A stretch of DNA of 64,000 nt from Vicugna vicugna (GCA_013265495.1 MU058687.1:2420001-2484000), one strand, 5' to 3'. Counted from the first letter of the stretch, positions 47,875-60,493 are shown. Notes: generated from the sequence alone by a model not told the origin. Numbers and translations: made by a program.

Positions 47875-48376
47875 TAGAAATTGCCAACAGGCACATGAAA
47901 AGATGCTCATATCACTAATTACTCAAGAAATGCAAATCAAAACTACAATGAGGTATCACCAGTCAGAATGGTCATTATCAAAAAGTCTACAAATAATAAA
48001 TGCTAGAGAGAGCATGGGGAAAAAAAAGGAACCCTCCTACACCGCTGTAGAATAATTTGGTGCAACCGCTATGGTGAACAGTATGGAGGTTCCTTAAAAA
48101 ACTAAAAATAGACTTACCACATGATCCAGCAATCCCACTCCTGGGCATATATACAGAGGAAACCCTAATTCAGAAAGATACATACACCTCAATGTTCATA
48201 GCAGCACTATTTACAATAGACAAGACATAGAAGCAACCTAAATGTCCGTCCACAGATGACTGGATAAAGAAGCTGGGGTATAAATATACAGTGTAATACC
48301 TACTCGGCCATAAAAAAGAACGAAATTTTGCCATTTGCAGCAATATGGTCGGACTTGAAAATTATTATGCTAAGTC
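47875..48376 (+). mobile_element. Internal L1 ORF2 C-terminal fragment lacking 3' UTR and poly-A
   Basis: Translates ...EKMLISLITQEMQIKTTMRYH, plus CCAGCAATCCCACTCCTGGGCATATA and GACTGGATAAAGAAG; stops abruptly at ATTATGCTAAGT. Confidence 0.92.
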
Positions 48377-48384
48377 ATTGTACT

Positions 48385-48708
48385 GGCCTTCCAGGAAATC
48401 TCTTTAAAAGAGACTGACTCTTCTGCAAGCTCATCCTTTTCTCCCTTCTTCATGCCAGGAAGGTGAGTATGATGACCTGAGCTGCAGCAGCCATTCTGTA
48501 GCCCTAAGTTCCCTTTGGGACAGAAGCCATGCACCAAGGGTGGTGGAGTAGGAAGTTAAAGGAGCCAGGGACACTGACCACACTGACCGGCTGGACCTCC
48601 TGTCCCCGTGAGCCCTTTGCCTGAGAGAAAAACAAACCCTTAACTTGTTCAAACTACTATAGCTTCAGGTTTCTGTTCATTGCTGCCCCCCAAAATCATA
48701 GCTGACAC
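48385..48708 (+). mobile_element. Old MaLR LTR 3' part (MLT1I/J-like)
   Basis: GAGCTGCAGCAGCCAT...GAGAGAAAAACAAACCCT...GGTTTCTGTT...CTGACACA. Confidence 0.65.
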
Positions 48709-50584
48709 AGATGAAAAGTTAAATAGATTCTAGAAGAGTTAGAGAAATTTAAATGGATAGATCCAAAACAAGGTGGGTGCAGTTGGGGGTATGTTTGGGA
48801 GATGTCAAGTCTCCTCAGAGGCCCCACAATCTGTCCCCTGGACCTGAGTGTCTATGAGTCCTTATTATAGTCCTCAATAAAGCAATGAGAACAAAGGCCT
48901 TCTAGAAAGCAGCACAGGGCACAAGCTCCTAGACATCAACATCCCATTGTCAGGAGGGAGGGAAGCCCCCAGAAGACTCCCAGAAACAGGACTGTTTATG
49001 ACATGAGGTCACATGGGCAGACACTGATGTCCCCTATCTGTGTGGCTCACTTCAGGCTTCTGAGGATGGCACAGAGGTTCCCGGCCGACACAGTAGCCCT
49101 TCAAAAAGCCTCAAAAGGCCACTTTGGGGTTGGGATGGGCTGAAGGAGGCCCTGGGATGACTCCCATCCCTAAACCGCCCCCGCTCTCCTATCAGCGCAC
49201 ATCTGTGGAGGCGCCTGCCTGGAACGCCCCGTGAACCCTGGGATGCAGTGTGCACCGCTCTGCCGTTGCGGCCCAGGGTGAGACCAGGGGCTCCTGGCCG
49301 CTCATGTCCTGGCCCTTGGGTTGGACGGTGGCCCCTTTTTGTAGGAAATGAGGAAGGGCTATATTCTTCCCCAGGTGAGTAGAGGGGCTGCTTCCTGCGC
49401 TGCTGCCCCAATCCCACCTCTTTGAACGGAATGACGACAGCAGGCCAAGGGGCCGGGAGAGACCTCAAATGGTGTCCCCTGCTCAGACTCCCGGGAGGGT
49501 GTGCTGAGGAGAAGCTGCATGTGGCGCCGTGTTTGAAGGAAGGACACCAGGTTGGCAGGAAGGTAGCCCTGAGAGCCCTACTGGGGCCTGAGGCCGAGGG
49601 GCCGAGAGAGGCCAGCACTGGGTGGAGGGCAGCAGTGAAGGCCTCCAGAAGCCAGGGGTGTCCCTGTGAGTGCACGCGGAGACTGCGGGTCCCCAGCTGC
49701 CACGTGCATTCTGCAGGTCTGCCACGTGAACATGCTTTCTCATAAGTGGATTGCTTAGTTGATATTGAGTCAAGCGGGTTTTCAAGTGCAGGTAGAGTCT
49801 CTGATTCTCTTGTGGGACCTTTGCTCAGGAGCTGAGTGGGGCCCCGGGGCTCAGGGAGGAGGAAGAACCCCACCCCCATGGAATCTGGGGCCTCCCATAT
49901 AAGGGCCAAATAGAGCCGGTTCATCTCTACAGAGAGCGCCAAGGAGGGGTCAACACCAAGTAGGTTCAGGATGAAGCTACTGACCAGACTTCATCAGAGG
50001 TATGCGGTTTGTGGGGTGGGGGGCAGTGCCTGGAAGAGCCCATGTGGGGCTATTTTCACATAGGAGAGCAACCAGAGAACTGCAGAGCCACATCCAGTCC
50101 ATCAAGGTTGGCTTTCTTACCAAGAGATGCTCCCCAAGCCTTTCATTCATTTGTTTAGTCATTCATTGATTCGGTCTGCAATACCTTTGTGGAGTCATAC
50201 ACAGAATAAATATTTCACTCTAAGTCATCCCTCTCTTCCTCCAGAGCTCAATTCTAAAGTCACTGCCTTCCTCCTTTTCTCTGGGTCCCTTATTCAGTTT
50301 GCTCTTCTGCTTTTGATCTGCATGCAGGAGGCCCAAGGGCAGCACAAAGGTAGCATGAGTCAGCCCCTCTGCCTTGCTTCAAGGTCACGGATGCCACCCA
50401 GTCCTGGTTACAAAATGATCACTGCACAAGAGGTCCCTTTCTGTCATTTTGGCTCAGAGTCCCAGAATTTCTGCTAAACTGTTAGCATCTGCTTAAGTGT
50501 CTGACATTGATCCAATGTTGCTGAGAGCTTTCATTCATCTAACACATACTTTTAAGTGCCTCCCACACACCTAGCACTTCACCA

Positions 50585-51069
50585 CAGGCATACCTCGGAG
50601 GTACTGCAGGTTCAGTTCCAGACCACCGTAACAGAGCAAACACAGCCATAAAGCGAGTCAGGTGAATTTTTTGGTTTCGCAGTAAGTTATGTTTGCATTA
50701 TTCTGCAGTTCTATTAAGCTTGTAATAGCATGACGTCTAAAAAAACAATGTACCTACCTACCTTAATTTTAAAATACTTTATTGCTAAAAAACGCTAACC
50801 ATCATTGGAGCCTTCAGCGAGTCATAATCTTTTTTGGCGTAGTGACGTCAGAGATCACTGATCCCAGATCACCATAACCAATATGATAGTAATGAAACAG
50901 TTTGAAATATTGGGAGAATCACCAAAATGTGACACAGAGACATGAAGTAAGCAAATGCTACTGGCAAAATGGCGTGGACAGACTTGCCCCACACAGGGAT
51001 GCTACAAACCTTCAGTTTGTGAAAAACACAGTATCTGTGTACAAAGTGTGATAAAGCAAGGTATTCCTG
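50585..51069 (-). mobile_element. Internally deleted Tigger1 derivative (MITE)
   Basis: Terminal inverted repeats CAGGCATACCTCG / CAAGGTATTCCTG followed by TA; internal GGTTCAGTTCCAGACCACC and GATCACTGATCCCAGATCACCATAAC. Confidence 0.9.
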
Positions 51070-51669
51070 TACGTGGAGCTTTTCTTAAGCACCAAGAAAT
51101 GCACAAAAATGGCTGTATTTCTGAGGTACACACAGAGGGAAAGTCTTCAAAATAAAAACAGAACAATGGCACCAGTGTCAGCATAGGTTTGAATTTTTCT
51201 GAACTCTCCCAGGGAAAAAAATGGAGGAAACAGGACGGAAAAACAAAAAATCCATAGGCAACATCTACCACAAAATTGATGATGAGAAATCCCAGGAACC
51301 CCCAAATATGAGTCGGGGGAGGACAAGCCCCCGGTAGCAATAAGGCTTGTGTGGTTTCGACAACTGTGCCGGAGGGAGCAGGGAGAGGACCATGTTGCTT
51401 CTGATGGCTGCAGAGACTAGAGACCCTTTGAACCACCAGCAGGTGCTGGCCTGAAAACGTGAAAAGAATGGTCACTCGGGGAGGAATGTCAGCAGGCCAG
51501 GAATCGTGAGTGAGGGCACCCAGGAGCAGTCTAGACCTGGTAACTGTTGAAAGTAACAAACCAGGGCTCCCTATCAGGACAGATCCCCACAGAATAGGGA
51601 CTACTGGTTGGAGACTTCAAACTGAGGAGGACTCGAACAACAGGGGCAAAGGAGAGAGAAAAACCTAGA

Positions 51670-52605
51670 ATTCTGCAATATGGAAGCCACTATAACAATA
51701 GGTGGCTTTGGACATTGAAGCTAATTAAAATTAAATTTTAATATTTGGCTCATTTAGTTCTTTTGTTGCATTTGTCATGTTACAAATTCTTTTATTTATT
51801 TATAATTTTATTATTTTAATGAATTTGTTATGCAGTGTTTAAAGGGTTACTTTCCATTTACAGTTATTACAAAATATTGGCTATATTCCCTGTGCTGTAT
51901 AATACTTCCTTGAGGCGCATCTTACACCCAGTAGTTTGCACCTCCCACTCCCCTTTCCCTATCTTGGCCCTCCCTGTCCCTGTCCCCACTGGTAACTGAG
52001 AATTTGTTCTCTATATCTGTGAGTCTGCTTCTTTTTTGTTATATTCACTAGTTTGTTGTATTTTTCAGATTCCACATATAAGTGATATCATACAGTATTT
52101 AACTTACTCTGTCTGACTTATTTCACATAGCATAATCCTCTCCAAGCCCACCCATGTTGCTGTAAATGGCATAATTTCATGCTTTTTATGGCTGGGTAGT
52201 ACTCCACCATGTGTGTGTATATATGTATCACATCTTCTTTATCCATTCATCTGTTGATGGACACTTAGGTTCCCTCCATATCTTGGCAATTGTGAATAAT
52301 GCTGCTATGAACATTGGGGTTCATGTATCTTTCTGAATTAGTGGTTTTGTTTTTTCAGATATATACCCAGGAGGGGAATTGCTGAGTCATGTAGTAGTTT
52401 TATTTTCAGTTTTTTGAGAAATCTCCACACTGTTTTCCATAGTGGGTGCACCAACTTACATTCATACCAACAGTGTACAAGGGTTCTGTCATGTTCCAAA
52501 TTCTTGTAGCCACCTGTGGCTAGTGGCTTTCCATTGTATGGCTACTGTATTGGATAGTGCAGACATAGAATATTTCCATTGTCATAGAGAGTTCTATTGG
52601 ACGGT
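51670..52605. mobile_element. MER3-like hAT MITE split by an L1 insertion
   Basis: CAATATGGAAGCCACTA...TTTAGTTC on the left; GTAGCCACCTGTGGCTAGTGGCT...TAGAATATTTCCATT...GTTCTATTGGAC on the right. Confidence 0.8.
51792..52486 (-). mobile_element. 5'-truncated lineage L1 3' end
   Basis: T-rich tail, then antisense 3' UTR/ORF2 end closely similar to 9414-10140. 19-bp TSD TGTCATGTTACAAATTCTT (51773-51791) / TGTCATGTTCCAAATTCTT (52487-52505). Confidence 0.95.
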
Positions 52606-52779
52606 GCCAAAGGTAAAAGTTGGGGAGGGAAGCAGAGGTCTCAAAAAGAAAGAGGTCATAGTTTTTATCACTTCAAGAAAACAACCAAAGAGCAAGGTCT
52701 TGCGCAGAAAGCTAGAAAAGCTATCCTGCCCATAAACCCCCGCCTAACAGCCCAGGAACTCACAAACTCCTTAGACAAG

Positions 52780-53270
52780 GGCAAAGGAAAAGAACTGCAG
52801 TCAAATGCCCCCCCCACAGAAGGCCACGTCACTTATAAGAGAAAGAAAATCAAATTGTTATCAGACTTTTCAACAGCAATACTTTGTGCCAAAACATTTT
52901 GGAAAAATAGATCAATATAGTAAAGCTGTTCTAGGCAAGCAAAAGCGAGTGAAGGATATTCTATCCATACAAACTGATGATCGAGTTCAAAGGCTGCCTT
53001 CAAACTTTAGAACAGACTGAAAATGAACTAAAACAATCAAAACAACTGGCATGACATTGACTAAAGCTGGAGGTGAATATTGAAAATGTTATTATATTTA
53101 ATATATAGAAACATGCTTAATGTACAAATGTAATTTTATGTTTACATAAATGTATATCAATACAGTCAAATTGTTATAAAAGAGGGAAGAATGTGAAGAG
53201 TATTTGAAAGTCAAAACAGAACTTCTGATTGCTTTAAAGGTATTCATCAGGCAAAAAAGGCCATTGCAAG
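52780..53270 (+). mobile_element. Ancient L1/HAL1 ORF1 remnant (likely continuous with a 5'-UTR-like piece at ~51140-51660)
   Basis: Supplied ORF contains HVTYKRKKIKLLSDFSTAILCAKTFW, similar to the L1 ORF1 motif VTYKGxPIRLxADFS. Confidence 0.7.
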
Positions 53271-54789
53271 GAATGAACAGTGGGTCACTCTGCCCTCCCT
53301 AATATGTCACCTTGGCCATGTAACTTCTCTGATGTTCAATTATCCCAGCGGGAAGATGGGGGAAATAAAAGCTTTATTGCTTAACCTATGAGGTATGAAA
53401 AAGTGGTTGGCACTCTATAAATATCAAATTTTATTATCCTAGGACCCGGGAAAAAACACCGCATTTTATTTAGAGTGGAAAAGGCTGGAAGTTGTAGCCA
53501 AGGTGTATGAGCGAGACAAGACGAGGATGCAGCTCAGCCACTCAAGCCTCTACTTCTCTCTGGAAGACGTGAGCCCTGGCCGTTCCTAGGGCTGGGCTGG
53601 GAAGCAGGGGGTAACCAGTGCACCAGAAATGCCAGAACATGCGTTAGGGAAGTGAGCCCTCCTAAGGACCTTCGAGGGAGCTTGCTGCTCTGGAAGGTCA
53701 GGAAATAAGGCAAGCTGGGGGCCAAGGACCAGGGCACAGAGAAAGGCTAAGCAGGAAGGTTAGAGACCCAGCTGGCAAGATTCACACAAGAGGTTGGAAA
53801 ACTTGGCTGGAAGGGGAAAAATCAAATACGGGGTAGTCATTTGTTGGGGGGCATACATAGGAGTCCCAAGGTCAAGTAGCCTCCACAGACATACAGGAGG
53901 CAAGTCTAGCTTTGCGCTGATCTGAAAGACACACTCCTCCTCCTTCCTTAGTAGGTGGGGATGGATGATCCTCTTATGCACCAGCCAAAGCACATCTGCC
54001 AAAGGCACAGCCAAGACGTCCAGAGAAATTTGGACTCTGGTTCCCTACCCTCGGGGACCTGGTGATTCTAGGAGCCTCTGGGGCTAGTCTGGTCCCTGAC
54101 ACTTGGTCAAATAAAGTTTGCCCACAGTCCCGTCACTGCTGCTGTGTCCCTGACTCCCTCTCCAAGGAACCCTGCTCTCCATTTGTCAATTTTAAGTGAT
54201 AATTTCTATTCAATCTGATACATATTATAAGAATATAAACAAATGCCTCTCCCCCTATCGGCACCATAATCACTTTCTTTTATAGCTATCATTTATTACA
54301 GGACGACAGATGGCCAGTTCGCAGAATTCCAAAGAGGCTACCCGCCGTCCAGTCACCTGGGAACACAGGCACATTAACATTTCTCCAAAACAGATGGGAA
54401 AGGGAGGGGGAAAGGAGGCAGATTCCTGTCAAAACTTTGGCGCTTTCCAAAATATGTTTCTTTTGCTTCTCCCTCTTTCTCTCTGCCTTTCTCGCAGAAG
54501 GTACATATATCTGCTCACCCCCTCCAAACCTCCTCACACCCTCCCCTTCATCCATGTCCCATCAGTGGCAATGAAACACCAATATGGCGGCCTTGATGGG
54601 GTGGAGACTGGGTGGCTTCTTGGCAGAGCACCTTCTGGGGACTTCCAGGGTCTACAGTTCAGTATTCCAGCATTCCCTCCTGGCATGTTATTTGGGATTG
54701 GGGCTGAGGTAAGAGACCAGAGGAGGGTGAGAAGTGGGTCTGCTTCACAGGGGATAGATGCTGGAATCTGCCTTCTTCACAAACTACAG

Positions 54790-54930
54790 AGCAGCGGTTC
54801 TCAGCCCTGACAGCATCTGAAAAGTTTTTAAAAAACATTAATGCCAGGGTCCCACCCAGAACGATTAAATCAGAAAGCCTGGGGTAGGGGCTTGGCAAGA
54901 CGTGTGAATATGGTTGAGAACTCAGTGCTA
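54790..54930. mobile_element. MER5A-like MITE
   Basis: CAGCGGTTCTCAGCC...ATTAAATCAGAA...GGTTGAGAACTCAGTG. Confidence 0.75.
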
Positions 54931-55900
54931 CAGAGGTCAAGGCAAAAAAGGCTGTAAGAAGGCAAGAAATGAAGAAGCCCTAGAGAAGAGAAATGACTAT
55001 GTGCCAGGCATTGCAAGAGCTGCAAAATGGGAACTCAGTGACAGAAGTTCCCTGCTCCTGGCCCAGTGGGGTGAATGCAAATAAACTGATCACTGCAACA
55101 GGGGCGTTTACCATGAGATGGGAGAGAATCAACCAGTGGGAACTTCGGGACATCTTCCTACAATACAAAAATAGAAGAAACAAGAGAATAGCTATCTGTA
55201 TGCCCCCAAAGGAAGGAAGGATTTTTTTTAATACCCAAGGAGTAAAAATCATAAAGGAAATTGTTGCTATATTTGCTTACATTAAAATCCAGATCTTTTG
55301 TTCACCAAAAGATACCATAATGAGAATGAAAAGACAAGTCACCAACTAGAAGATATTTGTGACACAGGTAACTAATGGAGGATTATCTAGAACACATACA
55401 GAAGGCATAGGAATCAATAGGAAACAAGAACCCAAGGAACAATTAGGCAAAGGATATTTAAGGAAACACACACCAGAGAAAAGAAGAAATGGTCATAAGA
55501 GAAAAAAAATCATTCATAACCAGCAAGATGCAAATTACAACCATAACAAGATATCATTTTACACCCACTAAACTGGCCAAAACTTAAGTCTCATAATAAG
55601 TGTTATGAGGATGTTGACAGTACAGTGTGTAAATTGGTACCATCACTTTGGAAAAGCCATTCAGTGACATCTACTAAGGCTGAACTCTACCATCCAGCAT
55701 CCTACTCTCAGTACACATGGTAAAGAAACCTGCGCACAAGCCCCAGAGATGTACATGATAAGAACCTTCACAGCAACATTGATTAAAACAGCAAAAATTG
55801 GAAACAATCCAAATGTCCATTGACATTAACATGGATAAATAAATGTTGGTATCATCATAAAATGGAAAACACACAATTGTGAAACCAATGATAGCCACAC

Positions 55901-56620
55901 ATCAATGCTGGAGATGGTGTGGAGAAGAAGGAACTCTCCTACACTGTTGGTGGGAATGTAAACTGGTGCAGCCATTATGGAATGTAAATTGATGCAGGAC
56001 AGTATGGAGAGTCCTCAAAAAACTAAAAATAGATTTACCATATGATTTACCAGCAATCCCACTCCTGGGCATATACCTGGAGGAAAATATAATTTGAAAA
56101 GATACATGCACCCCAATGTTCACAGCAGCACTATTTACTATAGCCAAGACATGGAAACAACCCCATTGACAGATGACTGGATAAAGAAGATGTGGTATAT
56201 ACATATACAAAGGAATACTACTCAGCCATAAAAAAGAATGAGATAAGGCCATCTGCAGCAACATGGATGGACCTGGAGATTGTCATTCTAAATGAAGTAA
56301 GTCAGAAAGAGAAATAAAAATGTCATATGATCTCCCTTATATGTGGAATCTAAAAAAAGGACGCAGATTAACTTATCTACAAAACAAAAACAGACTCATA
56401 GACATAAAGAACAAATTTATGGTTACCAGGGGGTATAGCAGGTGGGAAAGGATAAATTGGGAATTCAAAATTTGTACCTCTTGGGGAGTGATAGAAATGT
56501 TAGCTATCTTGATTGTGGTGGTGGTTTCATTGGTGTATATATCTATTAAAATTCATCAAATTGTACATCTGAAACATATGTAGTTTACTGTACAGCAATC
56601 ATACCACAATAAAGGTGTTA
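55901..56620 (+). mobile_element. Lineage L1 ORF2 end/3' UTR (55901-~56477) fused to an older L1MB/MC-type 3' tail (~56478-56620)
   Basis: GATACATGCACCCCAATGTTCACAGCAGC...GGACCTGGAGATTGTCATTCTAAATGAAGTAAGTCAG, then TATCTTGATTGTGGTGGTGGTTTC...AATAAA. Confidence 0.85.
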
Positions 56621-56634
56621 AAAATTTTTTAATT

Positions 56635-56870
56635 GGGGGGGGTAGAGGGTGGGAAGGGATAGACTGGGATTTCAAAATTGTAGAATAGATAAACAAGATT
56701 ACACTGTATAGCACAGGGAAATATACACAAAATGTTATGATAAATCACAGAGAAAAAAATGTGACAATGAGTGTGTATATGTCCATGAATGACTGAAAAA
56801 TTGTGCTGAACACTGGAATTTGACACAACACTGTAAAATGATTATAAATCAATAAAAAATGTTAAAAAAA
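56635..56870 (+). mobile_element. Young, heavily 5'-truncated L1 3' tip
   Basis: GGGAAGGGATAGACTGGGATTTCAAAATTGTAG...CTGTATAGCACAGGGAAATATA...AATAAAAAATGTTAAAAAAA; TSD AAAATTTTTTAATT (56621-56634) repeated with one extra T at 56868-56882. Confidence 0.9.
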
Positions 56871-57096
56871 ATTTTTTTAATTAAAAAGTTTTAAAAAAAT
56901 GTAGCCACACCAACATGAATGAAACTCAAAAGCATAATGTTGACTGAAAACTGCAAACTGCAGAATACCTTGAATATAGTTCTATTTATCTAAAGTTCAA
57001 GAACATAATATATTTTGCAGGAATCCCTACATACAATATGTAGTAAAATTGCAAACAAAGGCAAGGAATGATTAAGACAAACTTCCACATGGTGGG

Positions 57097-57462
57097 TGCT
57101 ATGGACTGAATACTGGTGTCCCCCCAAAATTCATATGTTGAAACCCTAACCCCAAAAGTGACGGGTTTTTGGAGGTGGGGCTTTCGGAAGATGACTAGGT
57201 CATGAGGGCAGAGTCCTTGTGAGTGGGATCAGCGTCCCTACGAAACAGACCCCAGAGAAATCCTTTGCTCCTTCCACCATGTGAGGACACAGTGAGAAGA
57301 CGTCCACCTACAAACCAGGGAACAGGTCATCACCAGACACTGACCCTACCAGCATCTTGATCTTGGACTTCTCAGTCTCCAGAACTGTGAGAAGTAAATG
57401 CCTGTTATTTATGTCATCCAGTGTATGGTATTTTGTTACAGCTGCCGGAATGGACTAAGAGC
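57097..57462 (+). mobile_element. MLT1A-like MaLR solo LTR
   Basis: TGCTATGGACTGAAT...CCCCCAAAATTCATATGTTGAAACCCTAA...GGACTAAGA; 5-bp TSD GTGGG (57092-57096 / 57463-57467). Confidence 0.92.
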
Positions 57463-57651
57463 GTGGGAGTTCTCAGATGGCCCTGGGAATTTCATACACA
57501 CATGAAGGTTTCAAAGATAGCAGTGACTCTATTTCTGAGGGTGGGTACATGGGTGTTCATTTTATCATTATTCTGTTATACGTACAATATATTTCATTTT
57601 TTGAATTTGTGATGAAAACAAAAGGAAAATCACACGCAAAACCTCCTATTA

Positions 57652-57790
57652 GAGTTGTCCCTCGGCATCCACAGGGGATTGGTTCCAGGATCCCCTGTGG
57701 ATACCAGACCTTAGAAAGCTCAAGTCCTTAATATAAAATGGCAAAGAACTGGTGGCTCTCCACATCTGTGGGACCCCACATCCTCAAAGG
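57652..57790. mobile_element. MER2-like Tigger MITE fragment
   Basis: GTTGTCCCTCGGCATCCACAGGGGATTGGTTCCAGGA..CCCTGTGGATACC...GCTCAAGTCCTT.ATATAAAATGGC. Confidence 0.8.
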
Positions 57791-58309
57791 CATAAATGTT
57801 ATTCATTATCCCAAAGTTTATCTAAAAAAGTGGACCAGTTTGACCATTCTTCTTCCATAGGAAACATCTATCCTTCCTTAGCTTATTGAAATAGCTTAAT
57901 GGACCTGTATCGAACACTGAGTGGACACTGTGGCCAATTTCCAGCTGATAGACAGAGCTCTCAGGTTTGAAAATGGCCCATGATCTGCAGGCCTCTCTAG
58001 ACCATCTCTGCATCAGTCAGATGGTCAATAGGCACCTACCTCTGAAAACCCCTGGACCACCTTGTGCTTGGGGAGAGTTGGTGGCCAACCCTCACCCCAA
58101 GGCATATTATCATCTAATGATAAGACAGGACAAGTGACCGGTCAAAGTAGCCATTAAAGTAAACACCAAGGAATGACAAACATGGTGCCACAAACAAGGT
58201 ATGTGGGAGTGGGGTGGGTGGGGAGTGGAGGTGTGTACCTGCGCTGATGGACTGAAAGTTGGAAAAAGTACTGGAATGATGACTACTGGTACCAAGGACA
58301 ATATTCTTA

Positions 58310-58410
58310 TTTATTTCTCTGGGCCTCAGTGTCTTCATTTGTCAAGTGAACAGCATGGACAAGGGCTACCACTAATGTCCTTTCCAACTCTAGATGTTTT
58401 GATCCTATGT
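58310..58410 (+). mobile_element. MIR3/MIR fragment
   Basis: CTCTGGGCCTCAGT...TGTCCTTTCCAACTCTAGATGTTTTGAT (L3-like tail). Confidence 0.65.
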
Positions 58411-60493
58411 ATATTTGGGGCTAAATACTCCAAATATATGTTTAGCAAATTATTTGTTTACCTTTAGGCTAAAAGTTTGATTCTCAACCTAACTGCACGC
58501 TTATTGGCGTGACTTCGAGTGCACAGAAATGTAAGGAGAGAGTCAACCTGCCCCACCTGTTCTCATCTGAGGTGGATATTGACCAAAGCTTGAGCTCTGG
58601 CCTTGACACCAGCGTCTGGGCCAAGAAGACGGTGGCAGTGTTTGAGGGGATGTGGAAGGATGAAGTTCTCAAGAAAGGTCTGTGAAGCACCACAGATGCA
58701 GGACATCTGGAGGAAAAGTGGGGTGTGGGTCTCCTTACTGCCATCAGGGTATGAAGTCAGTTTGCCAAGGTGAGGATGGTGCAGTGTTTAGTAAACAAGA
58801 ACCTCCCTGACTGGGGGCCTCTCACATTCCTGAGCAGACCTTTGATTCCAGGGGTGTTGACCCACTAGTCACCAAAGGAGTATTTTGACAGAGGGGCTGG
58901 ATCTTGGGAAGATGACTCCTGTTGTCCTGTATAGGACAGAGCTGAATAGGGAAGGATGGCAGCTCGGAAGCTCTGACAGGGGCCGGCGTGGGCAGCTGGC
59001 GTGGCAGGGATGGGGAGAAGAAGGCTGATTTGAGAGTCACACAGAGAGGACCCTCCAGGAGAGAACTTGTGTATGTTCATCACCACACCCGGGGCCTGAA
59101 ACCTGGCAGGTGGTCTGTGCTCAGGAAATTGTTACTGAAGGAATGAAGTCATGCTGACAGCTGACATTCCCTGGGAGTTTACTCTGACACTGGGCAGAGC
59201 CCTTTGCACACGTCACCCTGGCAACAGCCTGAGTATTCAGTATTGTTCTTATAACCACTTCACAGAGGTCACTGAAGCACACGGGTGGTTGGAGGTGAAG
59301 CTGGCTGTGACCTTTTGGTCTGATTCCAGAACCTGGTTGCTCACCCTTTTCTGATCTTGTTGGAATCTCCTGAGAACATATTTGAATTACCATCTGAGGG
59401 ATGAAAAGGCTGAGGCACAAGCTGAGCAACTGGCTGTGGCCACCCAGATACTTAGTGACAGAGGGAAGGACATCCACACGATTTTCGACTCCTCTTTCCC
59501 TGTTCCACTGGATTGCTGGGTGCGGGTACACAGAGTGCACTAAGGCATCTGGTCTGCAAGTCTGGGGATGCCTCCTACCAGGTGGTTCCCCTGACAGCAT
59601 CTGTAGTGAGGGAGGGAAGAGCGTGGACCCAGACCCGCAGCTCCTGCTCTGTGCTCTGCAGTGGGTTAGGCCCTGGACCTCTCACTGAAAACTTCACTAG
59701 CTCCAGAATTATGTGTTCTCATGTCCATTTACAAAGGGAAACCCAAAGCAGGGAGAGGCTCGCGTCTGACTGGGGCCCTGGCAGCTCTGCCTGACTTCAG
59801 AGCCCACGTCCTCCATGGCCCGGGACTCTTCTGACAGATTCAGACTCAGCGTGGGAGGCAGGGCTGGGGCAGTGGAAGCCTGCGGACCTCTTCCGTAGAC
59901 CTGCAACATCAGTTTGTTCTTCCTGTTTCACGTGGCACATTTAATTTTAGACAAGAGGAGAGGTTTGCAGGAGGAAGGCAGAAGCTCTGTGTACAAGCAT
60001 CCGCGACCAGGGTGTAGACTTGAGATAAACCTGGCACTGTACCCTCTATGAACCCGGCCCTGCAGACCAGGTGAGACCCTAGAGGGTGAAGGAAGTGACG
60101 AAAATTGCTCTGGGTGGCACCTGACTCAGGAAGCAGAAGCTAGGGAGTAGCACTGCTCTGGGAAAAACTGACTTCTCTGAATATTTTCCTCCAATTTTTC
60201 TAAGTCTGTTTCCTTTCTCTGGCTCCATCTCTCATCCCTTCCTGCCAACCTCGGGTTAGTCCTCCTCTAGCCATGTCAGCCTTACTAGGACATGATGACT
60301 GTTAACCTCCACATTAATAAACTGAGCGGCTCTGCTCTGCCTGGCTCTGACAGGCTTTGTCCCAGCCCAGGAACTGTGAGCAGAAGACAGAGGCCTGGAT
60401 GCAATGCCCACTTTGGCCCTGACTGGTCGTGTGGCCTCAGGATGAGTTACTCACACCCCTAAACTCCAGCCTGCATGCTGTAAGATGCAGATA

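Larger units (their letters stand above)
55200..57620 (+). mobile_element. Old L1ME/L1MC ORF2 end and 3' UTR hosting several younger insertions
   Basis: Translates ...KIQIFCSPKDTIMRMKRQVTN; AATTGGAAACAATCCAAATGTCCAT; resumes at ~56911 (CAACATGAATGAAACTCAAAAGCATAATGTTGA) and after 57467. Confidence 0.75.

Noticed and set aside
49052..49942. Longest ORF (296 aa, minus strand)
   Set aside because: GC-rich stretch with Pro/Ser/Gly/Arg-rich translation, no ATG at the annotated start, no recognisable domain and overlapping ORFs on both strands. Consistent with chance stop-codon depletion.
51002..51559. 185-aa minus-strand ORF
   Set aside because: Spans a Tigger end and an old L1 5'-like region; no coherent protein signal.
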